Assembly: GCA_964610095.1 (NCBI GenBank)
Contig: CAZSUT010000004.1
Coordinates: 1-60,768, forward strand
Direction: 5' to 3'
Length of the DNA stretch: 60,768 bases
Source: an uncultured Nitrospirales bacterium
GTDB taxonomy: Bacteria > Nitrospirota > Nitrospiria > Nitrospirales > NS-4
Positions 1-9,055 of the stretch are shown in pieces (positions within the stretch are counted from its first letter, which is position 1; each line of letters starts with the position of its first letter). Made by a program: the position numbers and the translations under genes. The notes under the pieces were generated by a model, which searched no databases, was not told where the DNA came from, and saw only the letters and a list, made by a program, of their open reading frames with translations.

Positions 1-449
1 TCCCACTCGTCGCAGGTGCTGTCGCTGTCAATATTCCCGACGGCGCCCGCCGTGAAGCCCGTCACACCAGCAGCGGCACCAGCCGGAATGGGGGCAACCG
101 CAGGTGGCACCGTACTGCACGGAGTGGCGACCTTATTCTGGGCTACCGGCACGGTAATGGAGTTGGCCGCACCCGTCCCCCCATAGTAGATCGCGTACCG
201 GACGTTGCCGGCCGGCTTGTAGCCGAGCGTGTCGGCCGTCGGCACGCTAAACGTATTGTTCTCGGCAAAGTACGACGTGGCGGTGGTGAAGACGCCGCCC
301 AGATTCACCTTGGCCTCAGACTGGCGCGCCTTGGCTTGATAGGTCATGAAGTTCGGGATGGCAATCGCCGCCAAGATCCCGATGATCGCGACCACGATCA
401 TCAACTCGATCAGGGTAAAACCCTGGTCCCCTTTGATACGGTTACACAT
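1..449 (-). CDS. pilA: Type IV major pilin (3' end runs off the window)
   Basis: Manual translation: MCNRIKGDQG|FTLIELMIVVAIIGILAAIAIPNFMTYQAKARQSEAKVNL (class III signal, G|F cleavage site, E5), continuing to ...GFTAGAVGNIDSDSTCDEW at the window edge. AAGGAGG RBS upstream. Confidence 0.92.
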   Translation of the reverse strand, partial: MCNRIKGDQGFTLIELMIVVAIIGILAAIAIPNFMTYQAKARQSEAKVNLGGVFTTATSYFAENNTFSVPTADTLGYKPAGNVRYAIYYGGTGAANSITVPVAQNKVATPCSTVPPAVAPIPAGAAAGVTGFTAGAVGNIDSDSTCDEW

Positions 450-562
450 CGTCCGTTCCTCCTTTTCCCAGAGAATTTCACTATCTAGTTCGATGCGCCA
501 ATCTAGAAGGAACTGCGCAGAGCAGGTCCTTGCAGACTGCTAGTGCTGGGTCTTAGGAAGGA

Positions 563-883
563 TCAGATCCGGTAGGTGGAAAGGCGTTGATACAATTGAA
601 GATCAGCTTGTGGAGGGTAGGAGAGACCACCGAAAGCATGTAACGCCTGTGCCTTCGGAACAACTGGCGCCAAGAACTGGCTAGCGTGAGCGCTCAGCGC
701 CAACTCCAAGAAAACCTGGTCTTCAACCTCTTCACACAGCAGGACTTGCTCATCAGTACCCGACGGCAGGGGGAGGTCAATACTGAGATCCTCCACGACG
801 TCTGCCCAGGACATCGCACTCAGAATCAGCAAGGCCAGGAGCATTACCCAAACCTTTTGTCTGTGAGGCGAATTTCTAAGCAT
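563..883 (-). CDS. Small hypothetical protein: N-terminal hydrophobic/signal segment, acidic linker, C-terminus ...LYQRLSTYRI
   Basis: 106-aa ORF lying between a sigma54 promoter and pilA on the same strand; no clear RBS. Confidence 0.5.
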   Translation of the reverse strand: MLRNSPHRQKVWVMLLALLILSAMSWADVVEDLSIDLPLPSGTDEQVLLCEEVEDQVFLELALSAHASQFLAPVVPKAQALHAFGGLSYPPQADLQLYQRLSTYRI

Positions 884-986
884 ATGGGATTAGTTGTACT
901 CTAGATTCCGCCTTCATCGTTAGTCACTGTCCAGGCGCTCACATAGGACCTGAACTGGTTTAAAGAGGCACATACTTTATTCTCTT

Positions 987-1002
987 AGCAAGACCTTTGC
1001 CA
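987..1002 (-). promoter_or_regulatory. sigma54 (-24/-12) promoter
   Basis: Minus strand reads TGGCAAAGGTCTTGCT, matching TGGCAC-N5-TTGC, and points toward the 883 ORF and pilA. Confidence 0.72.
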
Positions 1003-1128
1003 GTATATGGGTGCTTTCATTATTCATTATAGCAAATTCATTGCAGTCATAATATTACGGAATAGCTGAAAAATTGGCACATGGAAGGACATCACATCCA
1101 GGATGGTCTCGAATTTCCACGGTAACTC

Positions 1129-1176
1129 GTCAGCCACATTCACAAAAAAAGTCAGCTACATTTACAAAAAAGGCAG
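1129..1176. repeat. Tandem ~22-bp direct repeat, putative enhancer-binding-protein (PilR-type) site
   Basis: GTCAGCCACATTCACAAAAAAA / GTCAGCTACATTTACAAAAAA / GGCAG, ~130-170 bp upstream of the sigma54 promoter. Confidence 0.5.
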
Positions 1177-1290
1177 AAGAGCTATCGAATGAGATAGCCC
1201 TTTACGCAGACACAGGTCTGTGCGATCGCTGCCATCCTGTGGAAGCCCAGGCCTCACATAGGGCCTGGACCAGTTTGAAGGGGCAGGTCA

Positions 1291-1367
1291 TGGTGGCCCC
1301 GGCCGGAATTGAACCGACGACAAACGGTTTAGGAAACCGCTGCTCTATCCAACTGAGCTACGGGGCC
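1291..1367 (-). tRNA. tRNA-Arg (anticodon CCT)
   Basis: GGCCCCGTAGCTCAGTTGGATAGAGCAGCGGTTTCCTAAACCGTTTGTCGTCGGTTCAATTCCGGCCGGGGCCACCA: cloverleaf, TTCCTAA anticodon loop, TTC T-loop, encoded CCA. Confidence 0.95.
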
Positions 1368-1515
1368 GTTGCGCAAGTGGACGGTCCCACGGTACCACGC
1401 AGGGTGCTGGCGGTCAATGCGGAAGCGCGGCTCGAAAAGAGAGACCGGGCGTAGGCCTCCATGGGGGGCTCCATATAGCAAACTGGACGAATCCTCTGGT
1501 AAAAGCGACGTGCGT

Positions 1516-2595
1516 ATGAAACGGATCTGGTGTGCCATCTCCAGCCATGGGTTCGGCCATGCCGCGCAGGCGGTTCCCGTTCTGAACGAACTTGGACGCA
1601 GGGTCTCCGGGCTCACGGCCATCTTGCGAACGAGCGTGCCGGCGCGCTTCTTCGACGCCCATTTGAAGGTCGCCTGGGAGGTGAGCGAGGCCGAGCAGGA
1701 CGTCGGCTGCGTCCAGCATGGGCCGATGCGGATCGACGTCGCTGCGACCTGGGAGAAGCATCGGCGCTTTCACGAGCAGTGGGAGGACAAAGTAGCCGCA
1801 GAGGTCCGTGCAATCCGGTCCTGCAAGCCGGCCCTCGTCCTCGCGGATGTCCCCTATCTCGCGATCGAAGCCGCCGCCCGCGCAGAGGTGCCGGCCGTGG
1901 GCCTGTGTAATCTCTCCTGGGACGGCATCTTGAAGTTATTGCAGGAGCCGGACCGACACGAGCAGATGGACGTGATCCGGCGAATTCAGGAATCATACAG
2001 CCTGGCCGATTTGATGATCCGAATTGCCCCAGGCATCCCGATGGAAGCCTTTCGCACCATTGTTGACGTGGGACCAGTGGCCGAGCTCACCACCCCGGAC
2101 CCATCTCTGTTACGCGCCGTAGTTGGAGCGGAGGTGCTCGAGCGGGTGGTCCTGGTAGCCTTCGGCGGGATCGCGCTCGATGGGCTCCCGTTCGACCGGC
2201 TGGCCTGGATGAACGGCTATCGGTTCGTTGTGAGCGGACCAGTGCCGGATGGGACCGAGCGCATCCGCTCGTTGGCTTCGATCCCGATGGCTTTCGGCTC
2301 GCTGCTGGCCTCCGCCGATCTCATCGTGACCAAACCCGGCTATTCCACGGTCGTCGAAGCGGTCGCCTATCGGAAGCCGGTCGTGTACGTGCGGCGCTAC
2401 AATTTTGCGGATGAGGCGGTCCTGGTGGACTATCTCCACCGCCACGGGCGTGCGGCGGAGTTGTCGGCTGGCGACTTCACGAGCGGCCGGTGGGAAGACG
2501 CCCTCCGCGCGGCCGGAGAGACTACCCTTCCCGGCCCAGCGCCTGCGCCGACCGGGGCGCCGGAAGCGGCGGACCTGGTGATGAAGTATCTTTGA
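1516..2595 (+). CDS. GT-B fold glycosyltransferase-like protein (resembles the L-arabinokinase N-terminal domain family)
   Basis: N-terminal ISSHGFGHA motif; C-terminal ADLIVTKPGYSTVVEA; start taken at ATG 1516. Confidence 0.7.
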   Translation: MKRIWCAISSHGFGHAAQAVPVLNELGRRVSGLTAILRTSVPARFFDAHLKVAWEVSEAEQDVGCVQHGPMRIDVAATWEKHRRFHEQWEDKVAAEVRAIRSCKPALVLADVPYLAIEAAARAEVPAVGLCNLSWDGILKLLQEPDRHEQMDVIRRIQESYSLADLMIRIAPGIPMEAFRTIVDVGPVAELTTPDPSLLRAVVGAEVLERVVLVAFGGIALDGLPFDRLAWMNGYRFVVSGPVPDGTERIRSLASIPMAFGSLLASADLIVTKPGYSTVVEAVAYRKPVVYVRRYNFADEAVLVDYLHRHGRAAELSAGDFTSGRWEDALRAAGETTLPGPAPAPTGAPEAADLVMKYL

Positions 2596-2619
2596 AGGGT
2601 GTCGTGCGGGCCCATTGCG

Positions 2620-3717
2620 TCAGCGGGCAAAGTCCTTAAGGCGGACTGGCATGCGCTTCGCGCCCCAGCGCCCCGGCGAGCCGTCGAACAGGCCGGCGCA
2701 CGCCGTGCCGCAGACCTTGCACCGACCGTCATCCGTCAGGTTCCACGCGGTCATCACGTACCAGTCCCGACCGATCAGCTTGCTCCCGCATTGATGGCAG
2801 TAAGTGCTGCCGCCTTCCTCGTCATGGACGTTGCCGGTGTAGGCATACCGGATCCCGTTCTTCACCGCAATGCGACGCGCCATGGTCAGGGTGGATGACG
2901 GCGTGGGCGGCTTGTCCAGCATTTTGAAATCGGGGTGGTAAGCGGTGAAGTGGATCGGCACGTCCGGGCCGAGGTGCGTCATGACCCACTGGGTCAGTTC
3001 CTCGATTTCTTTCTCTGAGTCGTTCTCGCCGGGAATGAGCAGGGTGGTGATCTCGAACCAGACGTTCGTCTCGTGCTTGAGGTACGTCAGAGTGTCCAGC
3101 ACCGGCTGCAGGTGCCCAATGGTGATCTGCTTGTAGAACTGCTCGGTGAAGGCCTTGAGGTCCACGTTGGCCGCGTCCATGTACTTGTAGAGTTCGCGGC
3201 GCGGCTCGTCGCACATGTAGCCTGCCGTCACGGAGACGGCCTTGATCCCGCGTTCGTGGCAGGCCTGGGCGACGTCGATCGCGTACTCCATGAAGATCAC
3301 CGGGTCGTTGTAGGTGAACGCGACGCTCCGGCATCCCAGTTGCTGGGCCGCCCGGGCGATCGTCTCGGGTGAGGCGGCGTCGGCGAGGGTGTCCACTTCG
3401 CGGGACTTGCTGATGTCCCAGTTCTGGCAGAACTTGCAGGAGAGGTTGCACCCCGCCGTTCCGAAGGACAGGATCGGCGTCCCGGGCAGGTAATGGTTGA
3501 GGGGCTTCTTCTCGATCGGGTCCACACAGAAGCCGCTCGAGCGGCCGTAGGTTGTCAGGACGACCTGGCCGTTTTCGCAGGCACGCACGAAACACATCCC
3601 TCGTTGCCCCTCCTGCAGTTTGCAGAAGCGGGGACACACGTCGCACTGGACACGCTCGTCGTCGAGGCGGTGCCAGTACTTGGTCGGCACGACGGATGTC
3701 TGCTGTACTGTGCTCAC
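2620..3717 (-). CDS. amrS: AmmeMemoRadiSam system radical SAM enzyme
   Basis: N-terminal CDVCPRFC, DPIEKKPLNHY, radical SAM motif CNLSCKFCQNW, C-terminal CHQC/CKVC. Confidence 0.9.
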   Translation of the reverse strand: MSTVQQTSVVPTKYWHRLDDERVQCDVCPRFCKLQEGQRGMCFVRACENGQVVLTTYGRSSGFCVDPIEKKPLNHYLPGTPILSFGTAGCNLSCKFCQNWDISKSREVDTLADAASPETIARAAQQLGCRSVAFTYNDPVIFMEYAIDVAQACHERGIKAVSVTAGYMCDEPRRELYKYMDAANVDLKAFTEQFYKQITIGHLQPVLDTLTYLKHETNVWFEITTLLIPGENDSEKEIEELTQWVMTHLGPDVPIHFTAYHPDFKMLDKPPTPSSTLTMARRIAVKNGIRYAYTGNVHDEEGGSTYCHQCGSKLIGRDWYVMTAWNLTDDGRCKVCGTACAGLFDGSPGRWGAKRMPVRLKDFAR

Positions 3718-3785
3718 CTGTTCGCTCCTCGGTGACCCGCTTCGAAAAGTATAACACTTCCTTTATCGTTGCAACATGCTCGCCG

Positions 3786-4454
3786 TCACTTACCGGCGGG
3801 CGCGCGGCTGGCAGCCACTTCGTCGGCCATGCGGGCGGCCCGCCGGAGCTGCATTGTGAAGCTCGTCCGGCTGAAGGCCCACCAGGCTGAGAGTGGCAGG
3901 CCGGCTTCCCGAAGGGCCTCGGCTGCGTACTGGTGGCACTGGTGGAACAGGTGGTACGGACGCTTCGACGGGTAAAACTTGATCCGGTCGACGACCAGCA
4001 CGGGATTGGTGGCCCCGATGGTCGAGAGCAGGTGGCGGCGCAATCGCAGGTAGCCAGCCTCGCTGAGGCGGAAGATGAATGTCTCGGACGGCGGTTGGGG
4101 AGTGCGTGCGGCCCAGACTTTCTCGTGGAGACCTATTTCCACCACACCCGGACTGGGCAGGAAGAGGGCCCGCAGAGCGCCAGTGATTCCCTGGCGGCCT
4201 TCCAGGTACCACGCCCGCTCTGCATAGCCCCATTCCTCGTAAACAGACTTTCGGTCCAATGCAGTCACTCGTTCGTCCAGCGTGATGGCGATCATGGCAT
4301 GCCACGTGTCAAGAGAGACGACGACCGTGTGGGATGGCGCACCCGCTGGAGGCGGCCAGAGTCCCTGGACAGGGGCCGCGCAGCTCCACATCAGGAGCAG
4401 GGAAGGGATGATAAGCCATAGGACAGGCCTGTGTTGGGAGGTGAGCCCTGCCAT
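3786..4454 (-). CDS. DUF2459-like exported/lipoprotein
   Basis: Signal peptide with Cys; WHAM, EEWGYAERAWY and YHLFHQCHQY resemble this family. Confidence 0.6.
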   Translation of the reverse strand: MAGLTSQHRPVLWLIIPSLLLMWSCAAPVQGLWPPPAGAPSHTVVVSLDTWHAMIAITLDERVTALDRKSVYEEWGYAERAWYLEGRQGITGALRALFLPSPGVVEIGLHEKVWAARTPQPPSETFIFRLSEAGYLRLRRHLLSTIGATNPVLVVDRIKFYPSKRPYHLFHQCHQYAAEALREAGLPLSAWWAFSRTSFTMQLRRAARMADEVAASRAPAGK

Positions 4455-4541
4455 CGAGTGTCTTTTCGGGGTGAGTTCTGCCGATTATCTCATTGATTTT
4501 GTACAGCTTCGAAAAATAGTTTGTCTTTTTGTATTGGGGGC

Positions 4542-4587
4542 TTGAACATTGTTCTAGTTAGGACTATTTTAATGTAAACAACTAGAA
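4542..4587 (+). promoter_or_regulatory. sigma70 promoter with overlapping inverted repeat (putative MarR operator)
   Basis: TTGAAC-17-TATTTT; inverted repeat TTCTAGTT (4552-4559) / AACTAGAA (4580-4587). Confidence 0.55.
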
Positions 4588-4594
4588 ACACGTG

Positions 4595-5053
4595 ATGGCG
4601 AGGAAGCCGACGGTCGATCCCGGTAAGGACCTCTTTATGCAGGTACTAAGACCGCTGGTGGAGACCTACTTTGCGTTTATGGACAAGGGCGTTTCCCACA
4701 TCCGCTCGCTGGGACTCACGCCTTCACAGTTCGACGTGATTGCAACATTAGGCGATACTGAAGGGATGACGTGCAAGGAATTGTCGGAGAAGACCCTGGT
4801 CACCAAGGGCACGCTGACTGGCGTGTTGGATCGGCTGGAGAAGAAGGGTCTGATCGAGCGGGTACCGTCCCGGGAAGACCGGCGCTGCACCCTCATCCGG
4901 CTGACACCGAAAGGAGACGCGCGATTCCGGGAAGTCTTTCCGGCGCACATGGAGTATATGAGGCCACACTTCCGGCGGGCGCTCACGACCGCCGAGGCGA
5001 GCAAGTTGCGGGAGCTTCTCCTGCGGCTCAAGGAAAGCTTCGAACGCACGTGA
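4595..5053 (+). CDS. MarR family transcriptional regulator
   Basis: [35 protein letters not shown] winged HTH. Confidence 0.92.
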   Translation: MARKPTVDPGKDLFMQVLRPLVETYFAFMDKGVSHIRSLGLTPSQFDVIATLGDTEGMTCKELSEKTLVTKGTLTGVLDRLEKKGLIERVPSREDRRCTLIRLTPKGDARFREVFPAHMEYMRPHFRRALTTAEASKLRELLLRLKESFERT

Positions 5054-5069
5054 CGAAAGGAGAGACGCC

Positions 5070-5516
5070 ATGAAAGCTCTATTTGCGACCGATGAGTCCT
5101 GGTCCAGTTTGATCCTCCGTGTGATGCTGGGCGTAGTGGTGTTCCCCCACGGCGCCCAGAAGCTGCTGGGCTGGTTTGGGGGCTTCGGCTTCGCCGGAAC
5201 TATGGGCTTCTTCACGGACAAGATGCATCTGCCGGCTGTGATTGCTTTCCTGGTGATCATTGGTGAGTCGCTCGGGAGCCTGGGGCTGATCCTGGGCTTT
5301 CTGACCCGCATCACGGCGGCCAGCTACGTGCTCATCATGCTGGGCGCGATCGCGCTGGTCCATTGGCCGAACGGGTTTTTCATGAACTGGGCAGGCAAGC
5401 AGGCGGGCGAGGGCTTCGAGTACCATCTACTGGTGATCGGGATGAGTCTTGCGCTGCTGCTCGCCGGTGCCGGTAAGTGGTCAGTGGACGGAGCAATCTC
5501 GAAAAAACCGGAGTAA
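5070..5516 (+). CDS. DoxX family membrane protein
   Basis: LRVMLG...[14 protein letters not shown] and GFEYHLL; four hydrophobic segments. Confidence 0.9.
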   Translation: MKALFATDESWSSLILRVMLGVVVFPHGAQKLLGWFGGFGFAGTMGFFTDKMHLPAVIAFLVIIGESLGSLGLILGFLTRITAASYVLIMLGAIALVHWPNGFFMNWAGKQAGEGFEYHLLVIGMSLALLLAGAGKWSVDGAISKKPE

Positions 5517-5523
5517 GACTACC

Positions 5524-6573
5524 ATGAACGAAACGTTTCAGCGGACAATCAATGACGACTTCGCGACCGCGAAGGGGGGAAGTCTGCCAGACCCTCCAGG
5601 GCATGACGACCACCTGCTGGACGCTTACTCGCAGGCGGTCATCAACGCGGCGGAGAAGGTCAGCCCGGCGGTCGTCTATATCGACGTGTTGCATCGGTTG
5701 AAGGGCCGCCGCACGGCAGATCCGCGGTTTCCCCGGGAGGCGCGGGGCAGCGGCTCCGGTTTCATCTTCACGCCAGACGGGTTCATTCTGACGAACAGCC
5801 ACGTCGTGAATGGGGCCAACCACATTGACGTCGTTCTCTCAGACGGCCGGCGGGTCATCGCCGATCTTATCGGCGACGATCCGGACACCGACCTCGCAGT
5901 TGTCCGGATCGACGCGCCGAATGTAGCCGCCGCCTCGCTCGGGGACTCGAACGCCATCCGTGTGGGGCAGTTGGCGATCGCGGTCGGGAACCCATATAGC
6001 TTTCAGTGCACGGTGACGGCAGGCGTGGTCAGCGCGCTCGGACGATCACTCCGCTCGACGTCAGGTCGGCTGATTGACAGTGTCATCCAGACGGACGCTG
6101 CGCTCAACCCCGGCAATTCCGGCGGTCCTTTGGTGAATTCTCGTGGAGACGTCATCGGCGTCAACACCGCGGTGATTCTGCCGGCGCAGGGGATCTGCTT
6201 CGCCATTGGCATCAACACCGCCAAGTTCGTCGCGGGCCGCCTCATCAAGGACGGCAAGATCCGGCGCGGCTTCATCGGCGTGAGCGGGCAGAACGTGCCG
6301 CTCCCGCGCCGTCTCGTACTGGCTCACAACTTTCCAGTCGCGAGCGGCATCCAGGTCGTGGCTGTCGAACCGAACAGTGCGGCGGAGCGCGCGGGCCTGC
6401 GGGAAGGCGACATCATCGTGGCCTATGGGGAGCATCCGACGGCCGGCATCGATGACCTGCATCGGCTTCTGGTCGAGGAAAAGGTCGGTGTGAGGGCCGC
6501 GATGACCATCGTCCGGCGTTCCGAAAAACGGGTGCTGGACATCATGCCGGAAGAATCCCCCGCGAGAGGATAA
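5524..6573 (+). CDS. HtrA/DegP-like S1C serine protease with PDZ domain (no signal peptide)
   Basis: GSGSGF, LTNSHVV, TDLAVV, IQTDAALNPGNSGGPL catalytic triad and C-terminal PDZ. Confidence 0.9.
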   Translation: MNETFQRTINDDFATAKGGSLPDPPGHDDHLLDAYSQAVINAAEKVSPAVVYIDVLHRLKGRRTADPRFPREARGSGSGFIFTPDGFILTNSHVVNGANHIDVVLSDGRRVIADLIGDDPDTDLAVVRIDAPNVAAASLGDSNAIRVGQLAIAVGNPYSFQCTVTAGVVSALGRSLRSTSGRLIDSVIQTDAALNPGNSGGPLVNSRGDVIGVNTAVILPAQGICFAIGINTAKFVAGRLIKDGKIRRGFIGVSGQNVPLPRRLVLAHNFPVASGIQVVAVEPNSAAERAGLREGDIIVAYGEHPTAGIDDLHRLLVEEKVGVRAAMTIVRRSEKRVLDIMPEESPARG

Positions 6574-6615
6574 GGCTGGAGGAGGGACATAATCGAGAAG
6601 TAAGGGGGCTGGGTG

Positions 6616-7221
6616 ATGGAGAAGCTGGCCGAGACACAATATCCAATCCATGACCTTCTACGAAAGAGGTGGAGCCCGCGGGCGTTCTCGTCCCGGCCGG
6701 TCGAGCCGGAAAAGTTGCGAAGCTTGTGGGAAGCCGCCCGTTGGGCGCCGTCTTCCTACAACGAGCAGCCCTGGAGCTTCATCGTGGCGACCAAGGAGGA
6801 TGAGGCCGAATATGCCCGGCTGTTGAGCTGCCTGGTAGAGGGCAATATCCAGTGGGCGCAACATGCGCCGGTGCTGATGGTCTCGGTGGCGAAGCTGCAT
6901 TTCGATGAGAATGGCGAGCGCAATCGCCATGCCTTTCACGATGTGGGCCAGGCGGTCGCCAATCTCATTGTTCAAGCGACAGCGCTCGGATTAGTGGTGC
7001 ATCAGATGGCCGGCATCTTTCCGGACAAGATACGCGAGCTGTACGGTATTCCGGAAGGCTACGAGGCGGTTGCAGGAATTGCGTCGGGCTATCCCGGCGA
7101 CCCTGAAACTTTGCCGGAACGGTTGCGCCAGCGCGAACTGGCGCCCCGCTCGCGCAGGCCCATCCCGGACTTCGTGTTTGCCGGGCGCTGGGGGCGGCCG
7201 TCGCCAATCGTCACCGGTTAA
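6616..7221 (+). CDS. Nitroreductase family protein
   Basis: RWSPRAF, AARWAPSSYNEQPW, HDVGQA. Confidence 0.9.
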   Translation: MEKLAETQYPIHDLLRKRWSPRAFSSRPVEPEKLRSLWEAARWAPSSYNEQPWSFIVATKEDEAEYARLLSCLVEGNIQWAQHAPVLMVSVAKLHFDENGERNRHAFHDVGQAVANLIVQATALGLVVHQMAGIFPDKIRELYGIPEGYEAVAGIASGYPGDPETLPERLRQRELAPRSRRPIPDFVFAGRWGRPSPIVTG

Positions 7222-7247
7222 TGATGTCTGAATAGGGAACTCAGCAC

Positions 7248-7694
7248 ATGAAAGCACACTACTTAGGCCATGTCGTGTTTTACGTGAGGGACTTGGAGCG
7301 GTCACTGGCCTTCTACCGGGACCTGTTGGGATTTCAGGAGGTCGGGCGGACGTTCGGGGGCAAAGCGGCGGCGCTGACGTCAGGCCGTACCCACCATGAA
7401 CTGCTATTGATCGAGGTCGGCGAGGCACACCGTGCTCCCGCTGGCCGCCGCCTCGGGCTCTACCATATCGGGATCAAAATCGGGGATTCCTTGGATGAGC
7501 TCCGCAAGGCCAAGGCCGAATTGGAAAAGGCAGGGGTGACGATCACCGGCATGAGCGACCACACAGTGAGCCAGAGTCTCTATCTGGCCGATCCGGACGG
7601 CAACGAGGTCGAGCTCTACGTGGACGCCGACCCGGCCGTCTGGGGAAAGAACCCAGCGGCCGTCCTGTCTCCGATCAAGCCGCTCCGGCTGTAA
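7248..7694 (+). CDS. VOC/glyoxalase family protein (catechol 2,3-dioxygenase-like)
   Basis: LGHVVFYVRDLERSLAFY, HHELLL, GLYHIG, YLADPDGNEVELY. Confidence 0.88.
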   Translation: MKAHYLGHVVFYVRDLERSLAFYRDLLGFQEVGRTFGGKAAALTSGRTHHELLLIEVGEAHRAPAGRRLGLYHIGIKIGDSLDELRKAKAELEKAGVTITGMSDHTVSQSLYLADPDGNEVELYVDADPAVWGKNPAAVLSPIKPLRL

Positions 7695-7696
7695 GG

Positions 7697-9046
7697 TTAC
7701 TTCGCTCCGCCGAGCAAGTCCTTTTTCTTGGGGATGTCCTGGAGGACGTCCGGGCGGACCTGAAAGACTCCGGCCATGGCAGACCCCATCGCATACGCTA
7801 AGCCTTGCTCTTGCCTTCCGAAGACGATCCGCCCCAGGAGTTTGCCCTCGTCGCCCGCGGCGATCAGCTCTGCCGCCGGAGTCGCCAGGCCGTATCGTTT
7901 CAGATCGGTCGGTTTTTTCGTCACGATCTTCTCCGCCTGAAGTCGCACCGCACGAGTCACGAACATGTTGATGCGGGCTGCATCCGCTTTTGCGTTGGGA
8001 TCACCGTCCACGATCCAGGCGCCCCCCTCGCGGCTCAGTGCGTATTCTTGGCCGCCGGTTTTGATCACGAGCGTCTTGACCTGGTCCGGCTCAGCCGCGA
8101 TGAGTTGCTTGGCGCGCAAATCGAACAGTCCCTTGTCCAGATCCTTGGCCGCCGCTTGTGTGATCTGATACAGGGGTTCCTGCGCCGTACTCTCCGCGTA
8201 GGCCGCAGCGTTGTCACGGAGGTCCAGGAACAGGGATACCATGCGGTCGGTCTCGCCTTCGTGCAGCGTGATGGTCGCCAGGGGTTTGCCCAGGGTGGCG
8301 TGCTTGGCGGCGCGTTCCTTGGGATCGTCGATGAAGTCCCGTGCCTTCAAATCCTCGAGGGCGAACAGAAGACTCTTCACTTCCGGCTGGTCCGCTGCCG
8401 TCTCGACCGGCGCCTTGATCTTCCACACGTCCTTCTCACCCTGGCCTTCTCGGTAGAGCACGACGGTTTCCCGGGAACCGGCGATCTTCAGCCGGGTCAC
8501 CTGGAGGCGGTCGAACGGGAGGACGCGCTTACGACGGAAGTCCTGGATGCTTTTCATCAACAGGTCGCGCCCCGCCAGCGTGGTCAGGAGGACCTTGGGA
8601 GAGTCGTCGCGCTTGGTGTAGAGGGTGGCGGACAGGGGACCGGCGTCGCCCACGCGGACGGTCTGAGTGCCTGAGGCCAGGTGCAGGGATACGGTCAGAC
8701 TCGGCGTCTCGAGACCGTAGGCCTTCAGGTCGGTCCCAGTCTCGTCCACGATGCGGGACACCTGGGCGAGCATGAGCGTGCGCAGAAACTCGCCCACCGC
8801 CGTGGCATCGGCCTCCATGGGCTTGGGCTTGCGGATGGTCCAGCGCCCGTCCTCCCGGGCGACCTCCATCTCGCCCCGCGACGAGATGATCGTGAACCCT
8901 TGCACGTCGTCTTCCTTGAAGTCCACCAGCTTCTTGGCGGTAGTATCGGCCTCCACTCGCTTCTGTTCGGCGGGCATTTCCACCAGCCACAGGTAGAGGC
9001 CCAAGCCGAGGGCCACGATCAGGAGAGCCAGGACTGTGCGAGACAT
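7697..9046 (-). CDS. DUF4340 domain-containing protein
   Basis: N-terminal TM anchor; repeated W-x-I...AD...V..L and 'YGL..P' units; follows a GldG-like gene. Confidence 0.8.
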   Translation of the reverse strand: MSRTVLALLIVALGLGLYLWLVEMPAEQKRVEADTTAKKLVDFKEDDVQGFTIISSRGEMEVAREDGRWTIRKPKPMEADATAVGEFLRTLMLAQVSRIVDETGTDLKAYGLETPSLTVSLHLASGTQTVRVGDAGPLSATLYTKRDDSPKVLLTTLAGRDLLMKSIQDFRRKRVLPFDRLQVTRLKIAGSRETVVLYREGQGEKDVWKIKAPVETAADQPEVKSLLFALEDLKARDFIDDPKERAAKHATLGKPLATITLHEGETDRMVSLFLDLRDNAAAYAESTAQEPLYQITQAAAKDLDKGLFDLRAKQLIAAEPDQVKTLVIKTGGQEYALSREGGAWIVDGDPNAKADAARINMFVTRAVRLQAEKIVTKKPTDLKRYGLATPAAELIAAGDEGKLLGRIVFGRQEQGLAYAMGSAMAGVFQVRPDVLQDIPKKKDLLGGAK

Positions 9047-9055
9047 GCGATGGAG

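Noticed and set aside
1075-1090. TGGCAC as a plus-strand sigma54 promoter
   Set aside because: There is no TTGC/-12 element at the required distance (it reads ATGGAAGGA).
1074-1454. 126-aa plus-strand ORF (and 1329-1622 minus)
   Set aside because: It runs across the tRNA-Arg gene and promoter DNA and has no protein-like features.
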